A stretch of DNA of 64,000 nucleotides from Thermodesulfovibrionales bacterium (GCA_049302185.1 JBAQLV010000027.1:3584-67583), one strand, 5' to 3'; shown: positions 1-10,836, counted from the first letter of the stretch. The notes: generated by a model from the sequence alone, not told the origin. Numbers and translations: made by a program.

Positions 1-526
1 TCTCCACCCAGAGGGAGTAGACCTTCGACATTCCGAGAAGGCGCCTCGCATTCGCTGTGGGAGCAGTATCGAAGACGTAAAAATCATATTCATCCTTGAA
101 CATGAGATCTACCATATTTTCAAACATAGCCGACTCTTCAAAGGCAGGATTCATTGTTGCAGATTCGATGAAATCCTCTGCTTTTGTTGTAATGTCTGCA
201 AATTTAAGAAACCAGTTGATCTTCTCGCGGATTTCCTTTTTGGAGCGTTCAATAGTATCCCTGGTATCAATCTCTAAGGCATAGCATCTCTCTTCACCCT
301 GAATAAGCGTCGGTTTTCCAAAGACATTCTGCTCAAGGAGGTTGGAAAGGCTATGAACAGGATTGGTTGAAGCCAGCAATGTCTTTTTCCCTTGTCTGGC
401 TGCCCACAGGGCAGCTGCACCAGCCATTACTGTCTTTCCCACACCTCCTTTCCCTCCAAAAAAAATGTATTTCAGATTGGGGTGTTCCTTCATGAACTCA
501 ATCATGCTGATTGTGATTTGATCCAT
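1..526 (-). CDS. ArsA/GET3-family P-loop ATPase (C-terminus lies outside the window)
   Basis: My own translation of the minus strand from ATG (reverse complement of 524-526) gives MDQITISMIEFMKEHPNLKYIFFGGKGGVGKTVMAGAAALWAARQGKKTLLASTNPVHSLSNLL... It carries the deviant Walker A GGKGGVGKT. The ORF runs off the left edge, so it is absent from the ORF track. Confidence 0.8.
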   Translation of the reverse strand, partial: MDQITISMIEFMKEHPNLKYIFFGGKGGVGKTVMAGAAALWAARQGKKTLLASTNPVHSLSNLLEQNVFGKPTLIQGEERCYALEIDTRDTIERSKKEIREKINWFLKFADITTKAEDFIESATMNPAFEESAMFENMVDLMFKDEYDFYVFDTAPTANARRLLGMSKVYSLWVE

Positions 527-549
527 CCTCTAACTCCTTGTTTGCGTTG

Positions 550-1539
550 TCAGCCAATCTCTCCAAACATGGCTTTTGCCATCTTCTCAATCATTGGCAG
601 CCCGGTCACATCCCGCTCCATCTCAGGAACAGAGGCTAAAATTTGCGTTCCAAAAGTAGCCTCAATCACCTTCAGATAATGCTCCTGCATCTCAATGCGA
701 TTTTTTAAATAATCAGGAATATTCTGTTGTTTCAATTCAGGGGGCAGTACCCGGTTAATGATGTAACCGCTCAAGGGGACATCAAATTTAGCGAAAAGCT
801 CTGCCGCCTTCAGTGTATCCTTGATCACCATATCCTCAGCTGTGAGGACAAAAAAGAAGGCAGTCTTCTTTTTATCAGTTAAAATGCTTGAGGATTTGTT
901 GATCCTGTCTTTGATATAAAGAAGTTCATTCAGGATAGCATCTTCATCTAATTCCTTTTCCCGACGGATTACGGCTGCAACCTTGTCATATTCCCTCATC
1001 TGTTCCCGAAGGTGGGTAATCTTATCTATCCATGCATCATAGACAGATGCCATGCTGAGATAGTAGAGGGCGTGGCCCAAGGGCACTAAGTCGTAAATGT
1101 AGTAGTCATAGCCGCCTTTGACAACGATATCAACCACTTCATCAAAAATGGCACTTTCTTCCATCGCAGGCTCTGCTCCAGCGGCCTGGATGTAACTCTC
1201 AATCTCATCCGGAATCTTATCCATACCATACATGTCAAAAATCTTCTGCCGAATCTCCTGCTGGTATTCCTTTACACGACGGTCAGCATCGATCTCCTGT
1301 GCATAGAGATTGGGAATGATTTCTGTCGGCCCTTTTCCGAAGATATCTTTCTCAAAGATATCCGTCAGTGAGGCTTGAGGATCAACAGAAAAGACCAGGA
1401 CCCGTTTACCTTTTTTTGCTAAATAATAGGCAGCGGCTGCTGAAAAGGTAGTTTTCCCTAACCCGCCTTTTCCACCAAACATGATGTACCGCCGATCCGG
1501 ATATCGATCAAAAATATCTGTTAATGAAATGGAAATCAC
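550..1539 (-). CDS. ArsA/GET3-family P-loop ATPase
   Basis: 329-aa ORF with the motif FGGKGGLGKTTFSAAAAYYLAKKGKRVLVFSVDPQASL. It is a paralogue of the upstream partial ORF. GTG start follows an AGGAAGGGG RBS-like stretch. Confidence 0.85.
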   Translation of the reverse strand: MISISLTDIFDRYPDRRYIMFGGKGGLGKTTFSAAAAYYLAKKGKRVLVFSVDPQASLTDIFEKDIFGKGPTEIIPNLYAQEIDADRRVKEYQQEIRQKIFDMYGMDKIPDEIESYIQAAGAEPAMEESAIFDEVVDIVVKGGYDYYIYDLVPLGHALYYLSMASVYDAWIDKITHLREQMREYDKVAAVIRREKELDEDAILNELLYIKDRINKSSSILTDKKKTAFFFVLTAEDMVIKDTLKAAELFAKFDVPLSGYIINRVLPPELKQQNIPDYLKNRIEMQEHYLKVIEATFGTQILASVPEMERDVTGLPMIEKMAKAMFGEIG

Positions 1540-1567
1540 CCCTTCCTGAGTTTATAGAGTAACATTT

Positions 1568-1840
1568 TTAGGCTAAGGCATCTGTTAAATCCCTCTCCCT
1601 TAACATCCTCCGCTTCCATGTAGAGATTTGAGGAACCACATAGGGTAGAAGTCTAAGGGAATAGTATGGGGGCAGGATTGGAACGCCCAGCATATCTCCC
1701 ATTGTGATAAGGATGAAGAGGTGTTCCATGCTCGCCCTTGTCTTCAGCGCAAATCGGGCCGAGTCGTGGGCGGCTACCCCATAGACAAATTCCTTAATCG
1801 CCTGCAAGACCCCTACTCTTTTTTTCTCATCCTCTGACAT
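1568..1840 (-). CDS. Small hypothetical protein (~90 aa) between CstA and the ArsA-like ATPases
   Basis: The track ORF is 1568-1885. I prefer the internal ATG at 1840 (MSEDEKKRVG...) because AAGGAGAG lies 7 nt upstream. No recognisable motif. It may belong to the small family that PGAP associates with cstA neighbourhoods, but I cannot verify this. Confidence 0.5.
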   Translation of the reverse strand: MSEDEKKRVGVLQAIKEFVYGVAAHDSARFALKTRASMEHLFILITMGDMLGVPILPPYYSLRLLPYVVPQISTWKRRMLRERDLTDALA

Positions 1841-1908
1841 AAGTTTTCTCTCCTTGTGAGATAGGGTTCGTCCGCTGATTTCCATCAGTCGAACGAACCC
1901 CTCAAAGT

Positions 1909-3597
1909 TCAGTTACTCCCAGCGGCTGAAGGTTGTACCCTTAATGCCCGATACCGGATGAAAGCCTTCGCCCCTTCCACTGCCAGAATAATCGCAGCAA
2001 TAACCAGGAAGAATCCCACAAGCCCCATCACAGTATTGCCCACCATGGCCTCTCCTTTAACTTCACCTGTAACGACCTTTTTAAGCAACCCATAAGAGGT
2101 ATAAAGGAGGGCAGCAATTGTTGTAATAAACATGAAAATCATGGGATAGAATGTCCAGAAAGCCTTCTTTCCCTCGGACATCAACCAGAGAGTGGCCATC
2201 ATCAATGCCAGTGAAGCCATCAATTGATTTGCCCCGCCAAACAGCACCCATAGATATTGCCACCATCCTGTCATGACCAATAACAATCCAAGGATACTGG
2301 CGATGAAGGTTGCGATGTGAGCATTCTTAAAGATGGGGCTGATGTCTCCTAATAACTCAGATGTGGCTACCCTCATGAATCTGATGACCAGTTGCATCAG
2401 GGTGATAGCCACTATGATCATTATCACACTACCATAAGATCTGCCTAAATCGAGCGGGAGTCCTAATACCCCCAAGAATTTCGACACACCTGCTGCAAAT
2501 ATACCTCCAGGCCCCTTGGCAATTGCTGCCCCATATTCTGCTGGTGAAGCATAAATCGTTCCAGCAATGATCAAAGCGAATATGGCGAGCATCATCTCCA
2601 CAAACATGACACCACCGCAAACAGGGCGTACATCCACTTCATTCTCCAATTGGCGTGCAGTTCCTGAACTCGAGACAATGCTGTGCCATCCAGAGATAGC
2701 CCCGCAGGCAATGGTCACAAACATGATGGGCCACAAGGGGCCGATTGGGATGGAAAAATCGGTAAAGGCTGGAAGGGTAAAATCAGGATGCAGCACAAAT
2801 ATCCCGATCATCCCGAAGAATAGTCCCAGGAAAACGATATAGGAGGCTACATAGTTAATGGGAAGTGCAAACCTCCAGATAGGCAGTATAGAGGCAAAAT
2901 AACAGAAGACAAATGCTGCTATTGCCCAGAGAAGCCGGTTATTGGCAAGGGATTCCCCAACAACCTTATCAGAGGGCGCTATTGTTCCAAGCCATATCCC
3001 AAACATGGCGATTACAACTGTGACGACAGTGGTCAGGATTATGTCCTTTCTCCACCGGTAGATCATCTGTCCAGCCAGAACCCCGGCAATAGTCAGAAAG
3101 AGCCATGCCGTGGGAGAGGATTTCAGATTAACAGCTGTGCTTGTCACAACATTTCCAAATGCGCCAGCCATGAGGAGCAGATAAAAATAGATGAATGCCA
3201 CGAGGATGACTCTTGCCCTTGGAGAAATCAACTTGTAGCTCAAGCCCCCAAAGGATGCTCCGTCCTTTCGCATCGCCATCATGGCGCTCGAGTAGTCCTG
3301 GACCCAACCGATGAAAAGAGTTCCAAGCAGTATCCAGACCAGCGCAGGGAGCCACCCCCATTGAATGGCAATAATTGGACCAATGATCGGCCCTGCTCCA
3401 GCAATGGATTTGAATTGATAACCAAAGAGGATGTTCTTACTGGTAGGCATGAATTCCACCCCATCCATATACATCTTGGCTGGAGTAGTCTTCTTAGGAT
3501 CACACTTGATAATCTTAGTATCAATATGCCTGGCATAGAACCTGTAGCCGATGAAGGCGACAACAAGGCCTAAAATTATGCCATATATTGAATTCAT
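1909..3597 (-). CDS. cstA: Carbon starvation protein A family transporter (peptide/pyruvate transporter family)
   Basis: MNSIYGIILGLVVAFIGYRFYARHID...FGYQFKSIAGAGPIIGPIIA is the CstA N-terminal signature. The protein is polytopic. ATG at 3597 sits 5 nt after GGAGG. The track start at 3612 is a TTG lying inside the RBS. Confidence 0.9.
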   Translation of the reverse strand: MNSIYGIILGLVVAFIGYRFYARHIDTKIIKCDPKKTTPAKMYMDGVEFMPTSKNILFGYQFKSIAGAGPIIGPIIAIQWGWLPALVWILLGTLFIGWVQDYSSAMMAMRKDGASFGGLSYKLISPRARVILVAFIYFYLLLMAGAFGNVVTSTAVNLKSSPTAWLFLTIAGVLAGQMIYRWRKDIILTTVVTVVIAMFGIWLGTIAPSDKVVGESLANNRLLWAIAAFVFCYFASILPIWRFALPINYVASYIVFLGLFFGMIGIFVLHPDFTLPAFTDFSIPIGPLWPIMFVTIACGAISGWHSIVSSSGTARQLENEVDVRPVCGGVMFVEMMLAIFALIIAGTIYASPAEYGAAIAKGPGGIFAAGVSKFLGVLGLPLDLGRSYGSVIMIIVAITLMQLVIRFMRVATSELLGDISPIFKNAHIATFIASILGLLLVMTGWWQYLWVLFGGANQLMASLALMMATLWLMSEGKKAFWTFYPMIFMFITTIAALLYTSYGLLKKVVTGEVKGEAMVGNTVMGLVGFFLVIAAIILAVEGAKAFIRYRALRVQPSAAGSN

Positions 3598-3835
3598 GTA
3601 CACCTCCTTCAAGTTTTAAAAACCTTTTCGAATTTTTGCCTTATGTAGGCTTTTACTCCTCTTAAAAATGTTATACCATTAAAAAGAGGCGTTGTCAAGT
3701 GATTGTATAAGTTCCATACAAATGCGACATACTCCATTTCTGTCTGGATTAGGTAGTCGATTGGAGTCATCTTACCAAGAGACTTGGAAGACGGAAAAGG
3801 GGACGTTGTTAATGCTCACTAATTAGGTAACTCTT

Positions 3836-4372
3836 TCACTTACGCCTTTTTTTAGCCTCTGCTTTGATAATTGCCCTCAGTTCGGAAATATATTTCTGCG
3901 TAGCCTTCTCAACCGTTGCATTATTTTTCTCCATAAAAAAAATAGCCCACTGCTGCATGGCAATCTTAGCCGCCTCTGCATCCTTCTGGCCTATCGGCGA
4001 TCTATAAAATGCAAGAATATTATCCAATTCATCTTCCGTAACATGCAGGCCGTAATAAACACCCCACGCATTCACTGCATCTTCAGTCGTCCATGTCGGT
4101 TTTGCCGCATTAAGGAATTTCTGATATGAATTTTCCAGAGCAGCAAGAGTGGTTTTCTTTAAACCGGGAAACTGAGTCTTGGCCTCCTGCAGCATCTTGG
4201 GAGCGATTAATTTAACCTGCTCATGGCTGTATGACCTTTGCTGTTCTATTATTTCATGCAGGCCCTGAATCTTCGCAAGTTCCTTAAGCTTGGCTGCCTT
4301 TGACGCCTCATCCGCAAACGCATACGATGCTGTCAGGAGCAGCAAAATAACAGCGAATCTAAAAACAATCAT
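3836..4372 (-). CDS. Secreted/periplasmic hypothetical protein (DUF2059-like)
   Basis: Signal peptide MIVFRFAVILLLLTASYAFA follows an AAGGAGGA RBS. The rest is helical and Lys/Ala-rich. The DUF2059 assignment is from memory of the family and is tentative. Confidence 0.5.
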   Translation of the reverse strand: MIVFRFAVILLLLTASYAFADEASKAAKLKELAKIQGLHEIIEQQRSYSHEQVKLIAPKMLQEAKTQFPGLKKTTLAALENSYQKFLNAAKPTWTTEDAVNAWGVYYGLHVTEDELDNILAFYRSPIGQKDAEAAKIAMQQWAIFFMEKNNATVEKATQKYISELRAIIKAEAKKRRK

Positions 4373-4404
4373 TTTACAATCCTCCTTCTTGAGCTGCAAT
4401 AACA

Positions 4405-4830
4405 TCAAAGGGTATTCAAAAACGCAACGATATTTTCCACATCTTCATCAAGGAGATATGAAAACGACGGCATGTCTTTAAAGGGATTCCTTATCTGTTC
4501 GGCAATATTTTCAGGAGTAGCAGGTTTTTTGCTCACAGGAAGAAGCGGATTTTTGAGAATGCCTTTATGCCCGGGTCCCACTTTCCTCTTGTTGCTATAG
4601 GCATCATGGCAGAAATAACACTTTGATTCGTAAAGTTCCTTTCCCTTCCTGATACTCTCAGGGTCTGTTTTCAGAACAATCCCTGCTTTTGAAACCTCTT
4701 TTGGGGATTCTTTAATCATGCTGAAAACCTTGTCTGTGCCGAATCTCGTAATAAGAAGATAATACCCGCCTGAAGTTGCAAACATACCAAAAGTAAGAAG
4801 CGCTATCAAAAGCCCTATGATTTTTACCAT
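4405..4830 (-). CDS. Membrane-anchored mono-haem c-type cytochrome
   Basis: N-terminal TM helix, a single CXXCH motif (CYFCH) and a distal ...FKDMPSF Met ligand region. Confidence 0.7.
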   Translation of the reverse strand: MVKIIGLLIALLTFGMFATSGGYYLLITRFGTDKVFSMIKESPKEVSKAGIVLKTDPESIRKGKELYESKCYFCHDAYSNKRKVGPGHKGILKNPLLPVSKKPATPENIAEQIRNPFKDMPSFSYLLDEDVENIVAFLNTL

Positions 4831-5002
4831 ATCTGTCGTAAATTACAATATTTCCAAGTCCCTTTTCCCCGTGATCTCCGCAGGCTTCATTGGGACAGAA
4901 AAAATCGTTCAGATTGAGTGAAATCTCCATGCAGAGTTATATACCAAAGCTTCTGAGAATGTCAAGAAAATTTTCAATGAAATGGGGACAATATTTCGTG
5001 TG

Positions 5003-6085
5003 CTATTGTCCGATTTTTATCCCCAGTTTTTTGTATAGTAAAGGGAAGTTTACATTTTCAATAACGAGACTCATGCCTCGATCAACTTTCACCTTATCTC
5101 TCAACCGTAACCTTACAGAGAGTTTTTCTAACTTTTTCGCAATACTGTAAGTATCTTCTCTTACTACCAGAATAGGGACATCTTTCTGTTCTGCTCTTGA
5201 CAGGATTATTTCGCTGGGATAGAGTTCCCCTGTCAGAATAAGGCATACAGAGCCTGACTCCATGGCAGATAATTGGATATCAGCCCTGTCACCACCAACG
5301 ATAACAGCATTATTCCTGGTCTTTTTGAAATATTCTATTGCCTTATCAACCTGCATAGCTCCTATCAAGAAATGCTCTACGAGATTACTGAGCTTATCAT
5401 GGCAACACAAAACCTTTCCACCAAGCATTTCACTCAGCTCTTCGACAGTAATTGACCCTACTATCGAGTCGTGTGGAATTACACCGAGAATATCCACATT
5501 CTTTCTTTTCAGAAAAGGCACGGCATATTCATCTGCACTTTGTTTATGCTCAATGGTAACTTTATTCAATATCACTCCAATGAATCTGTCTTTGAGGTCC
5601 TTTTTCGCCTGAAGGACATAATCGACAATATATTCACCCTCATATTTCACCACAATGACAACTTTGGAATTGAGACGTTTTATCACCTGAAGACCTTGAA
5701 CACCCAAATAATTTCCGGTGTATATGCTTCCATAACCGCCAACCAGCATGATGTCCTTATCTTTTGACATGTCATTATAGGATTTCAAAATTTTTCTTAA
5801 AAGCCCTTTGACATCCTTCAGGTAGCTTTTTACCGCAAGCTCCTGTGTCAATACCACAGGGCATATCTCTGAGACAGGGTCTTTCAGTTCAAGTGCTCTA
5901 TAGATGCGCCAGGCATCGTTATCTGTAAGTATATCGTCTACCTTAATGGGAAGGATACCAACAGGTTTTATATAACCTACCCTCAGGCCATCTTTTTTAA
6001 ATTTTTGGCCCAGTCCCATGGTTATCAGGGTCTTGCCCGTGTATCCTGATGTTGATCCTACGTATAAAGAAATCATTTCATTCAC
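5003..6085 (-). CDS. DRTGG-domain protein (phosphotransacetylase N-terminal-like / BioD-like)
   Basis: MISLYVGSTSGYTGKTLITMGL is a P-loop-like start. The C-terminal VIVGGDRADIQLSAMESGSVCLILTGELYPS is the DRTGG motif. It overlaps the stop of the upstream ACD gene by 8 nt. Confidence 0.7.
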   Translation of the reverse strand: MNEMISLYVGSTSGYTGKTLITMGLGQKFKKDGLRVGYIKPVGILPIKVDDILTDNDAWRIYRALELKDPVSEICPVVLTQELAVKSYLKDVKGLLRKILKSYNDMSKDKDIMLVGGYGSIYTGNYLGVQGLQVIKRLNSKVVIVVKYEGEYIVDYVLQAKKDLKDRFIGVILNKVTIEHKQSADEYAVPFLKRKNVDILGVIPHDSIVGSITVEELSEMLGGKVLCCHDKLSNLVEHFLIGAMQVDKAIEYFKKTRNNAVIVGGDRADIQLSAMESGSVCLILTGELYPSEIILSRAEQKDVPILVVREDTYSIAKKLEKLSVRLRLRDKVKVDRGMSLVIENVNFPLLYKKLGIKIGQ

Positions 6086-8174
6086 CTCCTATGGTAAATC
6101 GTGCATCAATGGCTACTGCTCCCTCTCCCCTTTGCCTGACCAGGAGCGGGTTTATATCAGCCTCAATAATCTGGGGAAAATCCATAGCCATTTGAGACAA
6201 GATTAATAACGACTTCTCAATGGCCTCAATATCTGCCTCTGCCTCTCCTCTCACTCCTCTCAACAATGGAAATGTTTTCGTCTCCCGGATCATTTCATGA
6301 GCATCTTCCTGGCCTAATGGAACAATCCTGAATGAAACATCCTTTAACACTTCAACATAAATCCCGCCTAATCCGAACATAATCATGTGTCCAAACTGCG
6401 GATCTTTCGTTATACCCATGATTACTTCTTTTCCTTTCGGTATCATTTCCTGAATCATTACCCCGTATATATGTGCAGTAGGCATAATACTTCTTACATG
6501 GGTGGTAATATCGAAGAAAGCATTTTCTACATCTTTTTTACTGTTCAGATTAACTTTTACACCACCAATATCACTCTTATGGATAATCTGTGGTGAAATG
6601 ATTTTCATTACGACCGGATACCCTATCCCCTTTGCAGCGGCAACAGCCTCTTCTGATATCCTTGCAAATAAGCTCTTTGGTTGATTAAATCCATAGGCAT
6701 GTAAAACATTATGAACTTCCAATTCGTATAAGCGATCACGATTTTCTTTTTTAACGGTATCAAAAATTTGAACAGCCTTTTCTTTTGGGCCATTAAACCT
6801 GGGATAATGTTTTTCAGGTCTATTTATCCATAGATGATAGCGATACATGGCATTCATAGATGAGACCATTTCTTCCGGATAGCTGTAATTGGGTACACCG
6901 TATTTCATGAGTGTTTTGTTACCAGCTTCAACACTTTTCTTCCCCATGAATGATGTGAGTATCGGCCTGTCAATCAGTTTGGAGACATTCACAACTGCCA
7001 TGGCTGTTGCCTCAACATCTACCACTGCTGTCGGTGTCAGGATCACCATGACACCATTTATCCTCTCATCTTTCAGGACAGTATTGAGCGCTTTTTCATA
7101 TCTGTCAGCGCCTGAGTCTCCAAGGATGTCTATTGGGTTATAAAATGATGCGACAGGTGGCAGAAATGTTCTGAGTTCATCTGTTGTTTCCTTATGTAAT
7201 GGGATAAGCTGGAGGTCCGACTTATCACAGGCATCTGCTGCTAAAATCCCCGGCCCTCCAGAATTAGTTACGATAGCAACATTGGGACCCTTGGGCAGAG
7301 GCTGATTGGCAAAGGCGATGGCATAATTAAAAAGTTCATTTACGGTATGTGCCCTGATAACACCAGTTTGTTTAAAGGCAGAATCAAAGGCTGCCTCACG
7401 TCCTGCAAGTGCACCGGTATGAGAAGATGCTGCTTTTGCTCCTGCGCTGGTAATACCCGACTTCAATATAATGAGGGGTTTCTTCTTGGATACCTGGCTT
7501 GCAACTTCCATAAACTTTCTTCCGTCACTAACACCTTCAATGTATCCCAGGATGACTTTTGTATTCTCATCTTCAGCCAGTGCCAGCATGATATCTGTAT
7601 CTGTTATGTCTGCCTTATTTCCCATACTGATGAATTTTGAAAAACCAATTTCATCAGGCAAGGCACGATCAAGAACAGCAAGGCAGAGTGCGCCTGATTG
7701 TGAGAAAAACCCGATACCACCCTTAGCAGGCATGCCAGCAGCAAATGATGCATTAATCTTAGAATGAGTGTCAATCATACCAAGACAGTTGGGACCTATA
7801 AACCTGACCCCTAATTCTTGTGCTTTTTTGATCAGTTCATTTTCCAGCTTTGCACCTTCTATCCCGCTTTCTCTAAACCCGGCGGTTATGATGATAGCAG
7901 AGTCAATTTTCTTTGCCCCACATTGCTCGATGACTTCCAATACATTTTTTGGAGGTACAACTACTACTGCTAAATCAATTTTACCAGGCACATCAAGAAG
8001 TGAAGGATATGCCTTCACACCTAAAATTTCTGATGCACCTGGGTTAATGGGGTAAATAGCTCCCTGATAGTCATATTGAATCGCATTTTTGAGAATATCA
8101 TAACCCACCTTCCCTGGTGTCCTTGAAGCGCCGATGACTGCAATTGATTTCGGGTTAAAAAAATTATTCAGCAT
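6078..8174 (-). CDS. ADP-forming acetyl-CoA synthetase (fused alpha/beta, acetate--CoA ligase family)
   Basis: 698 aa. PKSIAVIGASRTPGKVGY is the CoA-binding N-terminus. A succinyl-CoA-synthetase-like flavodoxin domain and a C-terminal ATP-grasp domain (YPVVMKIISPQIIHKSDIGGVKVNL) follow. Confidence 0.85.
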   Translation of the reverse strand: MLNNFFNPKSIAVIGASRTPGKVGYDILKNAIQYDYQGAIYPINPGASEILGVKAYPSLLDVPGKIDLAVVVVPPKNVLEVIEQCGAKKIDSAIIITAGFRESGIEGAKLENELIKKAQELGVRFIGPNCLGMIDTHSKINASFAAGMPAKGGIGFFSQSGALCLAVLDRALPDEIGFSKFISMGNKADITDTDIMLALAEDENTKVILGYIEGVSDGRKFMEVASQVSKKKPLIILKSGITSAGAKAASSHTGALAGREAAFDSAFKQTGVIRAHTVNELFNYAIAFANQPLPKGPNVAIVTNSGGPGILAADACDKSDLQLIPLHKETTDELRTFLPPVASFYNPIDILGDSGADRYEKALNTVLKDERINGVMVILTPTAVVDVEATAMAVVNVSKLIDRPILTSFMGKKSVEAGNKTLMKYGVPNYSYPEEMVSSMNAMYRYHLWINRPEKHYPRFNGPKEKAVQIFDTVKKENRDRLYELEVHNVLHAYGFNQPKSLFARISEEAVAAAKGIGYPVVMKIISPQIIHKSDIGGVKVNLNSKKDVENAFFDITTHVRSIMPTAHIYGVMIQEMIPKGKEVIMGITKDPQFGHMIMFGLGGIYVEVLKDVSFRIVPLGQEDAHEMIRETKTFPLLRGVRGEAEADIEAIEKSLLILSQMAMDFPQIIEADINPLLVRQRGEGAVAIDARFTIGGE

Positions 8175-8383
8175 ATGACTTAATATATATTACCCAAAGA
8201 ATAGTTTATTTTGAAAGAGAAAATTTGTAAATAGCAAAACGTTAGGGGAGTATATTGTTACCATGTAGAAAATAGCATAAAGAGAGACGTTATACTAAAT
8301 TTAGTTGAAATTTGAAAAAGTGGCTCCCCTGTGGAATAATCCACAGAACGGAAAAACATTAAAAGAAAAGAAAGGAGCCACTA

Positions 8384-8833
8384 ATGAAAGTATCCACAAG
8401 AGACAGGAAAAAAGCAACAAGGGGATTTGAGGGGTTATTCGGGAGACAGGAGTTGATAGACCGGCTATACAGGATTATCAGCAAAGGCAAGCAGGGGTTA
8501 GACACATTTTTACTGATGATAGGCGGGATGATAGCAGAGGCGATTATGTACATAGAACGTGAAGAGATATCAGGTCCAGACTATCGTCCTTGTACGCCGG
8601 GCTTGCAGAAATGGGCAAGTCAGAAGGGTTCTATATATTTGGGTGATCAGAAGATACGCGTTGAGCATCCGAGGCTTCGTGATCGGCGCGGAGAGGTTGT
8701 ATTGAAGAGTTATGAAAAGCTGAAGGAAGCGGGAGCATTTTCGGAGGAGTTGTTAGAGAAGGTTCTGCCAATTTTATCTCTTCCAGAGAAATGTCTTCCT
8801 TTGCATCAAAAATTGCAAGATAAAGCATTTTAA
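8384..8833 (+). pseudogene. IS256-family (mutator-type) transposase, N-terminal fragment only
   Basis: ...EREEISGPDYRPCTPGLQKWASQKGSIYLGDQKIRVEHPRLRDRRGEVVLKSYEKLKEAGAFSEELLEKVL resembles the conserved N-terminal third of IS256-type transposases (about 400 aa full length). The reading frame degenerates after about residue 125. The DDE catalytic part is absent. Confidence 0.6.
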
Positions 8834-8850
8834 ACCTCCTTTCTTATGTT

Positions 8851-10836
8851 TTAATGCAGCAATGCCCTGCCTTCTATCAGCTTCTCTACAACTTCGGGGT
8901 CTGCAAGGGTAGTTGTATCTCCTATTTCCTCTGGATGTCCTGCTGCTATTTTTCTGAGTATCCTTCTCATAATCTTCCCGCTCCTTGTCTTTGGCAGACC
9001 GTCTGTAAATTGTATGATGTCAGGCTTTGCTATAGGTCCTATCTCGTTTCTAACCATTTCTACTATCTTTCCTTTAAGCTCAGGCGTTGGCTGAATACCG
9101 CTTTTTAAGATAACATAGGCATAAATGCCTTCGCCCTTTATCTCGTGCGGAAAGCCTACCGCTGCAACTTCTGCAACATTCTGGTAGCTTGCAATTGCGC
9201 TTTCTATCTCTGCTGTGCCGAGCCTGTGACCGGAGACCTTTATAACATCATCTATTCTTCCCATCAGCCAGTAATCTCCAGCCTCATCAACCCTCGCGCC
9301 GTCTCCGGTTAAATACTTGCCTTTAAAGCGGGAAAAGTATACCTCTTTAATCCTTTTGTTTTCAGGGTCTCCGTAAGTGCCTCTTATCATTCCGGGCCAT
9401 GGCTTTTCAATTACAAGGTAACCGCCCTCATTCACACCTGCCGGTGAGCCGTCCTCTTTTAAGACTCTTGGAACAACGCCCGGAAACGGCCTGTTTGCAG
9501 AGCCGGGCTTTAATGTCATTGCGCCGGGCAGAGGCGTTATGAGAATGCCGCCTGTCTCTGTCTGCCACCATGTATCAACAATAGGAAGTTTTTCTTTCCC
9601 TATATAGGTGTAATACCACATCCATGCTTCAGGATTTATCGGCTCGCCGACTGAACCGAGAAGCCTCAAAGATGAAAGGTCATGATTTTTCACCCAGCTT
9701 TCGCCTTCTCTCATCAATGTCCTTATTACAGTCGGCGCCGTGTAAAAGATATTGACCTTATGTTTGTCAACTATATCCCAGAACCTGCCGGGATTCGGAT
9801 ATGTTGGAATCCCTTCAAACATAAGGCTCGTGGCGCCGTTGCTCAAGGGACCGTAGATTATATAGCTGTGCCCTGTGACCCATCCTATGTCCGCCGTGCA
9901 GAAGTGAATATCTTCGTCATGATAATCAAATATCCACCTGAAAGTTAGGTTTGTAAAAAGCATGTATCCGGCTGTTGTATGAAGAACGCCTTTGGGTTTT
10001 CCTGTTGAGCCTGATGTGTAAAGGATAAAAAGCGGGTCTTCCGAATCCATTTTCTCAGGCTCGCAATACTTGGCAATATCAGCGGAATTAATTTCATCAT
10101 GCCACCAGAGGTCCCTTTTAGTCTCCATATCAACATTGCCGTCTGTCCTTCTTACCACTATCATCTTTTTAATTGTAGGGCATTCATGCAGAGCCTCATC
10201 AGCGTTTGCCTTCAGAGGAACGAATCTTCCGCCCCTCACGCCCTTGTCCGATGTAATAACAATTTTTGATTTGCAGTCCTGAATCCTGTTCCTTAAAGCC
10301 TGAGCGCTGAATCCGCCGAAAACAATGCTGTGGATTGCCCCGATTCTCGCGCACGCAAGCATGGAAATCGCAAGTTCCGGAATCATCGGAAGATAGATGG
10401 TAACCCTGTCGCCTTTCTTCACTCCGTGTTTTTTCAGGACATTTGCAAACCTGTTTACCTCGTAATAAAGCTGCTGATATGTGTATGTTTTATAGCTTCC
10501 GTCATCCGCTTCCCATATTATTGCCGCCTTGTTTCTGGTCGGGGTATTTACAAATCTGTCAAGACAGTTATACGATGCGTTCAGGCTGCCGCCCTGAAAC
10601 CACTTTATCTCAGGTTTTTCAAAATTATATTCAAGAACTTTATCCCACTTTTTATACCATGAAATATTCTTTTCTGCCATCTCACCCCAGAACCCGTCAG
10701 TGTCTTCTATTGACCGTTTATAAAGCTTTTCATATTCTTTCATGCTCTTTATATGCGCTTTTTTGCTGAACTCTTTTGACGGCGGAAATGTCCTGTTTTC
10801 TGCCATCAAAACTTCAATGCTTTTTGCATCTGACAT
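8851..10836 (-). CDS. acs: Acetyl-CoA synthetase (AMP-forming)
   Basis: 661 aa with [12 protein letters not shown], the WWQTETGG motif and C-terminal [11 protein letters not shown]. These are textbook Acs signatures. Confidence 0.95.
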   Translation of the reverse strand: MSDAKSIEVLMAENRTFPPSKEFSKKAHIKSMKEYEKLYKRSIEDTDGFWGEMAEKNISWYKKWDKVLEYNFEKPEIKWFQGGSLNASYNCLDRFVNTPTRNKAAIIWEADDGSYKTYTYQQLYYEVNRFANVLKKHGVKKGDRVTIYLPMIPELAISMLACARIGAIHSIVFGGFSAQALRNRIQDCKSKIVITSDKGVRGGRFVPLKANADEALHECPTIKKMIVVRRTDGNVDMETKRDLWWHDEINSADIAKYCEPEKMDSEDPLFILYTSGSTGKPKGVLHTTAGYMLFTNLTFRWIFDYHDEDIHFCTADIGWVTGHSYIIYGPLSNGATSLMFEGIPTYPNPGRFWDIVDKHKVNIFYTAPTVIRTLMREGESWVKNHDLSSLRLLGSVGEPINPEAWMWYYTYIGKEKLPIVDTWWQTETGGILITPLPGAMTLKPGSANRPFPGVVPRVLKEDGSPAGVNEGGYLVIEKPWPGMIRGTYGDPENKRIKEVYFSRFKGKYLTGDGARVDEAGDYWLMGRIDDVIKVSGHRLGTAEIESAIASYQNVAEVAAVGFPHEIKGEGIYAYVILKSGIQPTPELKGKIVEMVRNEIGPIAKPDIIQFTDGLPKTRSGKIMRRILRKIAAGHPEEIGDTTTLADPEVVEKLIEGRALLH

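Noticed and set aside
4831-4930. An N-terminal zinc-ribbon-like peptide (MEISLNLNDFFCPNEACGDHGEKGLGNIVIYDRY) on the minus strand upstream of the cytochrome c gene. It is reminiscent of the N-termini of some IS transposases.
   Set aside because: Only about 34 residues are involved. The ORF continues out of frame across the cytochrome gene, and I cannot assign an IS family from memory. This is insufficient evidence for a mobile-element relic.
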